DNA of 64,000 bases from Paragordius varius. Lineage: Eukaryota; Animalia; Nematomorpha. The position numbers and the translations under genes are program-made. The notes below the pieces were generated by a model. It did no database searches, was not told the DNA's origin, and saw only the letters and a program-made list of their open reading frames with translations. The stretch covers positions 7,440,001 through 7,504,000 of the forward strand of contig OZ176052.1 of the NCBI GenBank assembly GCA_964247055.1. The letters run 5' to 3'. Shown here piece after piece: positions 39,463-51,751 of the stretch (position 1 is its first letter; each line of letters opens with the position of its first letter).

Positions 39463-42400
39463 ATGATAAATTTGGTTGGGTTAGACAACGAGACATTTTA
39501 TTTGGATTCCTTTAATTTAGCAGATTTTGGATATTTATATGTAAGCTTGTTTTTTTACTTTAGAATGTTAACTTGCAATGTTTATATCTAACTGAAAACG
39601 GAAAACTGATTACAGAAAATGCGATTTATCCTTATAGAAAATACCATTTACATTTACGTATTTATGGAGGAAAAGGGGGATTTGGATCAATGCTTAAAGC
39701 CATTGGGGCTCAAATTGAAAAAACTACTAATCGCGGGGCCTGCAGAGATTTGAGCGGTCGAAGAATGCGTGATGTAGAAGCAGAAAAACAGTATTTTATT
39801 ATATTTAGTTATTAAAGATAATATTTATTATATATGAATATTATGAGATTTGCTAAAGAACTCCTAGATAAATTTTGTAAATCTATTTCTATATTCAAAA
39901 ATTGAATTGCCAATGTTATTTAAATGAAATTTTTCACCCCTTTCAAACAGCAAAAGTTATATTTTGTTTAATTTTAAATAAATATTAGTACGACGAAGGT
40001 TTGTTAATTCCTATATACGTCCTGAATTAGGTACAAATTATTTAATTTATCAAAAAGTCAAATTTTTGCATAGAGGCATTATATGGAGTTGCTTTAACAC
40101 TTCGATTCAAATTGGGTTATCTAAACACCCCAGAACAGACAATATTTAGTTTGATATTTTTAAAAAACTACCGATTTAGTTTATGAAAAAAGTAGCGTAT
40201 CAAAATTCTTGGACACCTTTTTTATTTTACAACATTTTTGAAAAATATCGTGTTTATTTGATTCTAAGCCTAAAATTAAGTTTACATTTTTATTAAAATC
40301 ACACTTAACATTGATAAATACAGAAAAAGTGGTATTTATTGCATTATTTTTGTATTTTGCTTATGCATACATGTCATCTTGGTTAAATTTTTACCTTTCG
40401 ATTTTACCCCTGAATAAGTAATTACAAGTATTTTTCAATGATTTTTTTATAATATTTCGGTTTATTAATGTTATATAAATGCAAGCTTTTGCCATGCTTT
40501 TAATTTATTACATATTATTTGAAATATTTATATTTAAACAACCCTAGGGTATTTAACTACCCAAATTTGAATCGAGGGACTGAAATGAATGCGTTGTATC
40601 CAAGTGTTAAGGAAATAAATTTTAAATATTGGAATTAAATATTTGACTTAACGCTTTGAATGAAATTGGGATATCTAAGTACTTCATACCATATTTAAAT
40701 TGGTATTTGTGAAAAACTAGTAAAAAAACGGTTCCAAATTAAATTTATTCTATCCTAATAAAAATTGTATAAATAGTCCCTATCTAAATAAAATTTAGTT
40801 TTGAAAAAAAAGTTCCATATCAAATTACTTTGAGGCCATTTTTGTTTTACAACATTTAGCAAAATATTGTGTTTATTTAATTTTAAAATTAAAGTCAACA
40901 TATTTAATATTGATGGAAACAGAAAACGTGGTTTATTTTGTGTTATTTTTAAAATAAGCTTATGCAAACATGTCATGTTGACTAAATTTTTACCTTTATT
41001 TTTTACCTTGAAATAAGCAATATTAACTATATTTGAATGAATTTTTTATATATCGGTTAATGGTATATAACTTTTGCCATGGTTTCGATTTCTTCCATAT
41101 TTTTTAAAGTATTTAACATGGCTTGGAACCGGAACCCGGTTCCTGGGATTTTAACAAGAACCGGTTCCATTGGGATGGAACCAACGCGGTTTTGGTTTCA
41201 GTTCCCTGGGAACCATTCCGGTATCGATTCCAAAATTTCAGGAATCGCCTGGTTCTATTTTTAAATTCTTAAGAATTAACGCGGTTCCGGTTCCACTTTT
41301 TTCAACCGGTTACAAGCCCTGGTATTTAATTTACAACAGGCCTGGTGTATCCAACGACCCTAATTTGAATCGAATGACTGAAATGAATGTATTGTATCCA
41401 AGTGTTAATCAATAATTTTTAAATTTTTAATTTCAATTTATTTTATTTGGTTTTACATTAATTTAAGTTTATTTTAAGCAACTCCTGATGATGCCTCTGT
41501 GTGAAAATTTAAGTTTTTGATAAATTTATTTTTTATTTCACCTTATTCACAACGTATATACGAAACTTATTATCTTTATATATTATAATGAGTATGATAT
41601 ATCTATATATATATATATATAATATACATATCACACAAGTTATCTGGCATATTTCCACGGATAATTTAAACAGTTCAATTGTCAATTTTTGTTAATAAAA
41701 TAAAAATTTTAATAAAATTACCGTTAATGAAAAAAAATTACTAGACGGTTAATATAATTGGGCATACCATAATAATCTAGGAATTTAATAATTGATAATT
41801 GTAAAATAAGCACTCAAAAATAATGATTTGTTTTAATTGAAAATTTGGTTTATTCTTTAATACAACAATTGATTATTTAATTTTTTTCTGATCAGCTTAT
41901 TAAAGATTCATAAGTATTTATATTTCTGCGTTTACATGATTGTAGGTTAAAAGATTGGGTCGAAAAGAAAAAGTCTGAGGCGTTGGATAATCAATCAAAA
42001 AAACAAGAAAAACGCGACAGAATCCTGAACCCCGGAAAGCATTTTTTAGATGATGAGGAATTTGTAGAAACACGTGCGACCATGCCTGATAAAATAGAGG
42101 ATGCCTTACAGCAAGGTAGGCTCTAATAATCACCTTTTAATTTAGAAGAAATTTTGGCTTTATAAATTGTTTTTATCAGACTTTAACATATACGAGATAT
42201 TTTGTGCGGCCCGCGAAAAAATTGGAAAAAAAACATAATATGTAAAAATATGTTAGTTACAAGTCTATTTAAAATTTATTTTTATTCCAAACTTTGGAAA
42301 CGAACTAGTAAAAATTGGTTAAAGAAAAACCAGTATTTTGTTCATATAAATAAAATATTTATTGATCCCAAATTTTTCAATGTGTCCACCGAAGCCAGTT

Positions 42401-43799
42401 GTGTTGGGCAACTGTGTCATTTAATGATTTTACATAAACTTTCCTTCATGTCTTTAGATCTATAAAACACAATCCATTATTTGCCAACAAAACACTTGTA
42501 AAAGTAATTATAAGCATAATTGTTTTGTAAATACCTTTTTTAATATCTTCAAATCATCTCGGGTTGTAAACAGAATTGGCCAAAAAATATAAAAAAAATA
42601 ACCTGTTTATATATAGTTGCATTCTTAATATTGTTTACAATGTTAATTTTATATAAAAATAAAAAAGAGGGATCTCTATCCATAATAATTTACAACACAT
42701 GATACACCCATGTATCATACGTAGCGATGATTGGAATGTATAACATTTTTCAATTAATTTGAAATAAATTATTTTTTACCTATTAGGATTTTCAAGTAGC
42801 AAAGTCCTCACCGAAAATAACAAAAAAATTAAACGTCGACACCATGATAAATTGGATAACTTGTAAGTCAAGCATTTATATACCATTTAGGAAAAAAAAT
42901 AACCACAAAATTTTCTTTTTTTCCTTTTTTATTTTTGTATTTTTTTCAAAAAGAGACAAAGATTTAAACATTACAATTTCATCGTCTTCTGGTTCATCAT
43001 CCGAATGTGATGAGGAATTAATAATGCCAAATGAAACGAATATCGTTACGACAATCATTTGCACAGATCAGATTAAACAAACCAATGTTGAGGATAAAAA
43101 TATTGATAATAAAATTTCAAATTCAAATGTTGGTTCCAACATATCATCAGATGAAACCACTCAATCTTCCAAAGGTAAAGCTACCAATAAAATAATTTCA
43201 AAATGAAATTTCTTTAGCCCATATTTTATGGAAATATATCTATATATTGTATAACCATTCAATTAGATGAGCAAAACCTTTTACATAGAGAACCGGAGGC
43301 CCCTCTAAATCTAGTAATATTAAATTTTATGTCTTAAAAATCATATATTTTTCAATTTATTAACCGTTTTTCATTACGTATTCATTATTTTTAACTTATA
43401 TCATATATATTTTTCACTTTATTAACCGTTTTTCATTACGCATTCATTTTTTAAACCTTATATCATATATATTTTTCAATTTATTAACCGTTTTTCATTA
43501 CGTATTCATTACTTTTAAACCTTATTTATGATTGTAATATTTCTATATTTTTATCTTTATAAATTAAAAGTATTCCTTTATTATTTAAAAAGGAGAACAA
43601 TGTGGACATTATACCGACTAAAATAACCCAAAATTCAACTTTATTAATTAATTTGGATGAATATGCCACTATAAAGGATTTAATGGAATTGGGCCTTGAT
43701 GCCCTCAAGCAAGATCTCAAAAATCGTGGAATGAAATGTGGTGGGACATTGGATGAAAGAGCAAAACGTTTATTCGCACTCAAAAACAGCATAAAATAA
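39463..43799 (+). CDS. SDE2: Replication stress response regulator / splicing regulator SDE2
   Basis: Exons 39463-39540, 39564-39790, 41946-42115, 42787-42862, 42954-43174, probable 43291-43313, 43593-43799. Motifs [41 protein letters not shown] and [30 protein letters not shown]. Confidence 0.9.
40098..40606. mobile_element. TTAA-flanked piggyBac-like element, copy 2 (SDE2 intron)
   Basis: TTAA|CACTTCGATT ... GTATCCAAGTG|TTAA. Confidence 0.78.
40652..41404. mobile_element. TTAA-flanked piggyBac-like element, copy 3, carrying a nested hAT MITE
   Basis: Right end GTATCCAAGTG|TTAA is intact and the left end is degenerate. A further partial inverted copy ends at ~44828. Confidence 0.7.
41117..41321. 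mobile_element. hAT/Ac-like MITE with GGAACC subterminal repeats
   Basis: Ends CA(T/G)GGCTTG..ACCGG / CCGGTTACAAGCCCTG; perfect 8-bp TSD GTATTTAA. Confidence 0.85.
43341..43525. repeat. Minisatellite, three copies of ~62 bp, in an SDE2 intron
   Basis: Unit contains TTATTAACCGTTTTTCATTACG(T/C)ATTCATT. Confidence 0.85.
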
Positions 43800-45515
43800 A
43801 ATAAATCCAAATATATATATATATATATATAATATTTCATACAGCATTAACCTATATAAAGATATTATTATTGATAATTATATAAATTATTTCGGTGTTC
43901 ATTATCTTAAAATTTGTTCGTTGTCAAAATTTGTTAAAAATTTATTTTAATTAATTAATTTTACAGTAACATCCGTACATAACTGGTAATGTTCGATTGC
44001 CACAAAATTTAGTTATGTTGTTTAAAAACAGGCATGTAATATATTTTTAAAATTATATTTGCGATTTATGACGCTAAAAATTAAATTAATTAAGACCTAA
44101 TATGCTAAGTTGAATTTTTTATATATCTTATAAATTAGCAAAAGGATTACATTAAAAATTATATCCGAAAATGAAATGGGAAACATGCATGATTAAAATG
44201 TTAAGTGCTAGTTACTGATAAATCCAAAAATTATTTATATGTTAAACCAAATATTATATAAAAACAAATTTCCAACTATTGTATAATTTAACTTGGTGCA
44301 AAACCTAGCATATGATTAATGGGAAAAATATTTTTTCAAAATCGCCAATATATTTATCAAGTCAAAATCAAGGCAATTATTTGGTCTTTTACAATTTGGG
44401 GCATTTAACTATCCCCAATCCAATATTTTGAAAAATTTGATATTGAAGAAATATTAAAACTACATAAATTTTAAGCACACTTAAAGACCTCTTGATTGTT
44501 TTAGAAATTTAGACAGCTTTAAATTGGAGCATAAATTAAATGCAAAATTTGCTAATGTAACCATTATTTTGTGGCATTTTTATTCCTAAAGATATGGGTA
44601 GAATGCTTAAGGGGTTATTTAAATTATAGCTGGAGAAATATGACTTATTCTCTAATATAGATTTTCACTTGGACAACATATTCATTTCAGTTCTTCGATT
44701 CAAATTGTAGATATATCGGCTTATTTATATAATTTTTATTATGATAGGAGCATAAATTAAAGAACGTTTCCTTCAGTAGTTTTTAATATATATCAACTTA
44801 AATAGGTACCCCAATTCGAATCGAAGTGTTATTACATTAATAACAAGAAAAATATGCTTAGCGTGAATTTATATATGTAATCGAAAAAACCATTTTACCA
44901 AAAACACTGAAATCAATATTATTTTAGCGATATCCATTGGGAGGAAACATTTAACCAATAACCAATTTTTAAAAAAATGTTCGGAATCAAAAGCAGAGAC
45001 ATTCGATTAAAACTAAAATCATTTTGGTTTAATCCCTGTTGGATATAAAAATTAACAAAATTTTTATTTAATGTACATCTAGTCATTAATATATCAAATA
45101 CATAACATATAAATTAGTGCTAATTGGGTTTTATAAATTCTTCCCATTTATCGAGATCTTTGAGAGATATTTGTCCGGATCCCCGTGCCGCAGGTGTCGG
45201 CTAAAAATAAATAATAATTTTATATGTTTTATAATCTTTCATTCAGTGGTACTTAAAAAAAATTTTAAAGGGGCCAAAAAAATATTTTTCTTATCAAGGG
45301 TCGTGTTCCATATAACACCGTTAAATATTTCATAGCTGTTTCAGGGTCATAAACAAGCACTTTTAGGGTCACATGCGAACCTTGAGCCGCGGTTTTAATT
45401 AATAACATTAAAATTAATCCATAATGGAAAATAAGATTAATTACTTTAAAGAAAAATTTTATTTTAAATTGAAAATATTGTCTCTTGAACTATGGCTAGA
45501 TTTATCCACTGATTA

Positions 45516-46623
45516 CACTGCGCAACAAATTTTTCTGCCACTCGAGTTTTTTGCATTTTCTGATATTTAGTATCATTTTAATAGTAAATTAGAAATAAAA
45601 ATTATAACTCGAGAGAAGAATTTTGTAAAATTTGATTTTTTTGATTATGCGCCCTCTTTATCAAAATTTTACTAAAAAATGTTTTTTCTATGAAAATATA
45701 CAAGTAATGCCCATTTGTAATATATAGTTTGAAAGAGTAATAAAAACTCTATAAAATGCATACTAATATGTATTACATCGACAGTTAATATTAAACACAA
45801 AGAGCGACAAACGCGCGAAGCGAGAGCATTTTTTTTAATTATTATATTTTTAAAACTAATGGATGAAAATAGCGTTTAGATGGTGAGGAATGTCTAAAAA
45901 AGATAACACAAGAAAGTTTTTTTGATTAAAACATTTTATTGCTTTTATGTCACTCAAAACAGCCATTTTTAAGTTTTTTGTTTATGAATTACCATTTCAT
46001 CAATATCAATTTATTTTCTTTACGAGGCTGATAATTACGAAATTTTAAAATAAAAACAAAGTTTAAGGTATTTTTGATCTTTTATAGCCATTATGAATAA
46101 ATTTACAGTTAAAACTATGCATTTTAGTAGCCACCAGGTAAAATATTTATGATAATAATAATTTTTATTAAAAAAGCAAACCAAAAGCTTTTTTAAACAT
46201 CTTTTTTAAATTAAATACTAATATAACCCTAATAATTATATTAAAATAATTTATATGATTTTCAAATTAGTTTGTCTGTGAAAATTCTTGAGTTATTTAA
46301 GGATTGAAAATTTCGATCCTTTAAATCCAAATAACTTTTATATCCGATTGATTTAAATAACTTACTACCATTTAAAAGATGCAGTTTTTTGCGCTCTTTC
46401 GAATGATATAAAATACAAGGCTTCACATCTAAAACACTTAATTTTCGAAATTTCGAGTTTAATGTTAAATCGGGCCAAAAATTATCGATAAACTTTAATA
46501 TAAATAAATTCTTGCATGCTAGACCAATTTTCTTTTCAGATATACTAATTATGTACTTTAATGAAATAAATTTTAAATTTAAAAAAATGGCAGTTAAAAA
46601 AAGTTAAAATTTGTTGTCTAGTG
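45516..46623 (+). mobile_element. Non-autonomous CACTA/EnSpm-like element, copy 1
   Basis: TTA|CACTG ... TAGTG|TTA (3-bp TSD); reverse complement of 60176-61269 over ~1.1 kb. Confidence 0.78.
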
Positions 46624-46963
46624 TTATATAAAAAAATAGGTTTATTCATAAAATTACTTGGTTGGGATCTGCTTTCCATCCAATCATATTAATTATCTGA
46701 AAGGTTGCCGGAATACTGAATTCTAATTAGAGTTTAAAGAAATACAGTAAAATTAAATAAACTCAAAAACAAGTATATTTTGCAAAGATAGCCATACTTT
46801 TTTAAATTGAAATTGTGAAATTTAAATTGGATGTGCTACAATTTACACCTCTAATCCCAATTTCGTAACCCAAAAGGATATGTTATAATAAAAATCGTGA
46901 AAAAATTGTTACATTAATATAAAATGTTTATCTTTTTACGTTTTGTCTTCATAATTTCAATTA

Positions 46964-48891
46964 TTACTGTAAATAATCACCTTTAGCCGTGTTTTCCTTT
47001 CGGGAATTTTTATTATCATAATTTTCGCCATATAAAGCGGCATAAACAGCGCTAGTTGCTAGGAGTAGGTTTTTGCCCATTTGAGCGCCTTGAATCATTG
47101 GGTCTGCAAAAGCTTTGGACTCTCCAGAACCGCGTAAATCACACATTAATTCGATTGCACTCGGATAATGAACAGTGATTTCATCCACATCAATAGTTAT
47201 AAGTTTGAATCCGGCAGTGTGTAATAGGCGACCAACATCATCAATTTTAACGAAGGGTGAAACACGTGGGTAAAATTTCTAAATACATGATGTTCTTAAA
47301 TTATATATAAGAGGTACTAATTATTGTAATTTGCCGATACTAAAAGTATAAGTTGATATATTATTGTATCATGGCTATTATTTATCCGTAAAAATTTGTT
47401 TAAAATTGGCCCAGAAGATAATGTAACATATATGGCTTTCAAATTATTGGTAAAAAACTAGATAATAAAAATGCTATTTCAAAGATAGATTTAGAGCGGG
47501 AACCAAGTTTTAAAATATATTTTTTAGCTAATTTATGATCAATGTGAGTATTTAAAATGGAAAATGTTTAATAATCGTCTGTCTTAAATATTAATTAGGG
47601 TTTTAAAAAAATTATATTGGATATTTTTAAAATGATAAATTCGAAGCAATAGAGCAGATGACTTTTATAGCAAGCTTAATAAAAAATTCTGACAAATTTA
47701 TAAAAAAGGTGCATATAGTAATAATACACTTTTAATACATAATTAAGGCTGTAAATCAAAAGGATATATGTGATGACGTCCCAATCGAAGTATATTGATT
47801 GTAAAATTAGGTAAAATTCTAAAATTAAATCTTAAGTTACAGGTAGCATCTGCAACCATATATTGAACAGCTGGATTAAAATTGTCTGTTTTTTCTTATA
47901 TGAAATATTTAAAATATATGTTTAATTTTTTTTAAGTTTTCGGATCTCAAACGATAAATGGTTTAAAAGAAAGCGGCTTTATCAAAATACAATTATAAAA
48001 ATGTTTAAATGACATTCTCGAGAATTATATCTGGTAATAATTATTTCTGATAACATGACGCTAAATTATGTTAATATTATATATTGATATTTTTTTGGGA
48101 GAGTGCAATTCTGGTTAAATAAAACATGCACTAAACGTTTTTGAAATCACTTTTTTGTTAGTGCGCGTCTATATTAGTGTAGTTTTTAAATTTAAAGTAT
48201 TTTCATAATAATATATATGACAACTAGATTATTAAACATCAGTGTTAATTCAAACTTATTTCTTTTTTAATTTTTTAGGTCAATAATTTATTTTTTACCC
48301 CTTTGCGTTCCGTTTCAGCAAATCTGAGGGCCGATCTTAATTGAAATAATGTGTCGTGCCCAAACATGGTGGCCAGAAATGCACCATCAGGTTTTAAAAC
48401 ATAATTGACGTTTTTTAACAAAGATGCAAGATCATTCATCCAATGTAGACTAGTTTATAATAAAATAAAATACCAAAGATTGCTAACAACTAGATCAAAC
48501 TTATTTTCACATAGTGAAAAATTTTCTTCGGTAGCTTTTATTTTTTGGGCATTTGTAGATGAAATCTTTCTAAAATACATATATTAATGTACTAGATCAA
48601 AGGGTAATATATTAATTGTATAATTTAAGGAGTCCTAAATATATTCAATTATAATACCTTATTCAATAAACTAATATCAGGTAGACCTAATTCCAAAATT
48701 AAGTCTTGTTTTCGAATAATATCATTTATACGATCATGCAAGCGTAAAGCAACCTAAATTTAACAGATTTTTACTTCATTTCTAATATATTTATAATCAT
48801 CAAGGTTGCTAAGGAAAGATGAGCGATATTGTTGAGTACTTTTTATTTTTCTATCGAAGATAGAAGAGGTCTTTTTTATAACTTTCCACAT
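46964..48891 (-). CDS. NDUFAF5: Mitochondrial complex I assembly factor NDUFAF5
   Basis: Exons 48891-48775, 48753-48658, 48634-48593, 48565-48474, 48449-48299, 47278-46964: IFDRK..RNE|VALRLHDRINDI..FDLVVSNLC|LHWMNDL..LKPDGAFLATMFGHDTLFQLRSAL..VSPF..DVDEITVHYPS..DLRGSGES. Start and middle exons are less certain. Confidence 0.88.
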
Positions 48892-49524
48892 TTAACATGT
48901 TTTTTACACGCTTGTCAACCGACCGAAAAAGGTGCATGGCGTCGATCAGTGGTATATAATTACTTTACATATAAATAGTCATTAATATTATCATTATAAA
49001 TATTACTAACATTGACTAACATTTTTAACCACAAAATTTGGGATGACCCATAGTAATTGACATTTAAATACGTTATAATTTGGATTTATTCCACCAGAGA
49101 GCGATTGCATATGCTAAATATATTTGGCACAATTTAAAAAAATACTGTTTCAAGCATATTTATACAAAAAAATAAAAAATGTAAGATTGTAAAATCCTCA
49201 TGTGAATGCCGCCACTTAGAAATTTTGGTTGAACTGCTAAAAAATGGGAATTAAAAATATATTCAATTGAACAATATGTTTTTAAAAGTCATTTTAATTA
49301 CGTATAGCGAGAAAATATTAGATATTTATTAATCTTAAAATCGAATGTTTGTATTGGATATGAACCATAAAGGCTACTTATTCTTAAAACGATAAAATAT
49401 TTAAAAAATAGCTAAATAACAATTTATTATTTTATACTCATAATTAGTTTTACTTGGGAATATTTGGGTGTTTTAAGTTATAAGGGTTACTAATAACTTA
49501 CTGACAAATCTTTATTAAGATCAT

Positions 49525-49902
49525 TTTTCATATGAGGTATTAAGTCCGGACCGAGTAGATCAATATATGGCAGATATCATAAAAGATGTCAATACTGCCT
49601 TCCAGTTACCTCCAACAGTTACACGCTTATTTTTACATCATTTTAAATAGGATAAAGAAAAGTTATTGGAAAGGTATTATGACGGTAATTCAGATAAACT
49701 GTTCTTAGAGGCGCATATATCAATCCAAATCAGCTTAAAAATAAATATGCAATTGAAACCCAATATTCCAATCAACCCTATGAGCCGCAAAGTGCATTTT
49801 GTGAGATTTGTTTATTATCAATGCCAAAAAAGCAAATGACAGGATTGGACTGTGGTCATACGTTTTGCATTTCGTGTTGGTGAGAATACCTATATACTAA
49901 AG
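49525..49902 (+). pseudogene. ARIH1: Ariadne-1 (RBR E3 ligase) pseudogene fragment
   Basis: Intronless YEVLSP..HHFK*DKEKLLERYYDGN..CEIC..GLDCGHTFCISCW*EYLYTK. TAG at 49648 replaces the conserved Trp, there is a frameshift near 49717 and a TGA at 49881, and no further ARIH domains are nearby. Confidence 0.85.
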
Positions 49903-51751
49903 TTTTTTATGCAAAAATATAATACTTAAAATTATATATATTTAAAAAGAAGTTATTTACAAAAATTTTCGGTACGCAAAATATCTCTTCGCGGACCACA
50001 TTCTGCCGCTGATACAGCATATATTAAAAATTATTTTCGCGCAATATCTTTTTGCTGGATCAAAGCTTTGAAGGGCAATATATTATCGCTGAAGGTCCTA
50101 GTTACGTCAATGGAACTGTTTTTCTCGATGAAACTCATTTTCTGTTAATTTATCATTGTTTTACCTTTTGTTTTTTATCTGCATTTTTGGACTATGGTAT
50201 AGTTAGCACATTATTTACATCTCCCTAAAGAAAATTAAACTTATATTTTATTTAGCCCAAGTCAAAATTTATAATACATTTTGACCTACAATTCAACTAT
50301 AGAATCAAAAATAGTTTTTTAAAAGCGTTGTATATTCACTAATCAATAGTTCGGAGTTCTTACAAAGGTATTGTATTTAATACTATGAATAATAAAGGTA
50401 CCATCTTTATATTTTTAAATTTATAAAACCGCACTTAAACATTTTCATTATCCAATCAGATTTTATTTAGGTATTTCCCTTTGACCCATTTCAAAACTAT
50501 ACATAAAAGGGGATATTTTGCCATCAAACAATAATATATTCACCTATAGATTATATATTATATATACATTTTCTTATAAACAAATGAAAAACATCTCTCA
50601 AAGGTTAATAAAAAATATGTGTTTTGGGATGATTAATACTTTCAATAGCTATATTTAAATATGGTTGTGCAAAAAATAAAACAGTAAGACAAAATTGTAA
50701 AAATATTTTTTTAGCTAACTAACACATAGGAAAAAGAGAAACGCACACATGCTTAATACACACACATTTTTACCTGTGTGTTATAAAAAAAACTTTAACG
50801 TATTTATTTTTTTTCTATATTTTATTCCCTCCTTCAAAAGTTGTGTTAAAATTTATTATTAAAATTTATAATTAAAATGAAAAAAACCTAATTACGTGAA
50901 AACACTTCTCCCTCTTTGTATAAATATAAACGAAATTGTACTTTTTTTCTCAGAAAGGCTACTGCACTACGCTTTTTATAGTCAATGCTCAAAATTTTTC
51001 AAATCCATTAATTATATCATATGCAATATATAATGATGTAGATTCATATATCTTTTAATAAATATATACATGAATTGTCTGGATTGAATAACGGGTCAGT
51101 CAAATATAATTACATATATTGTTTCATAAACCAATATTTTACTGCATGTGGATAACACAATCGGACATAATATAAATAATTATTATAAACCATTTCCTCA
51201 ATTATTGATCACTCTGTCCAAAATATAATATTTATTTTGCTACATAATATTTTTGATGTAATGTAATTTACGACTATCATATATCATTCATATTGCTCTC
51301 TCCGTATACTTATTGTATAACTATATCATGTTTGAAACTTAATTCTTTTGAAGAATACATCAAAGGAAGGAAGGAGTCTTTGTTTTTTTGTCCAACACAT
51401 ATCGAAATTTAAATAGAAAAAATGGTCTAACAACAAAAAAAACAACTACTAATACTTGTTATATATCAAGGCGCTCTTACGTTTGGATTATGCGACGTAG
51501 AATGTGTTATATCACTCTCAGATTATATTTATTCGCGTTCAAATATAATTGAATAATGTTAATTATGTGAAAAAATGTAAAATTTAATTTAATCTTTTCA
51601 GTACATTCAATTAAAATAGGTATATGGAGGTATGAATAATCTTTTGTAACTGACATTACCCATCGCTTCGAATGAAAAAATAATTTTAACAGGATGTGTT
51701 GCAGTAATATAATGCTAAACCAAATATACGGAACAATGAATTACAAAGGGG

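Noticed and set aside
43341-43525. CRISPR-like repeat array
   Set aside because: Contiguous tandem units without unique spacers, inside a eukaryotic intron, with no cas genes.
19802-48774. Micro-introns as sequencing indels or pseudogenisation
   Set aside because: Each gap begins GT and ends AG with an AT-rich interior, and removal restores exact conserved motifs in six or more unrelated housekeeping genes.
49648-49883. TAG at a conserved Trp position in ARIH1 suggesting stop-codon reassignment
   Set aside because: The same fragment has a frameshift and is truncated. Intact genes here use TGG for Trp and end at TAA or TGA.
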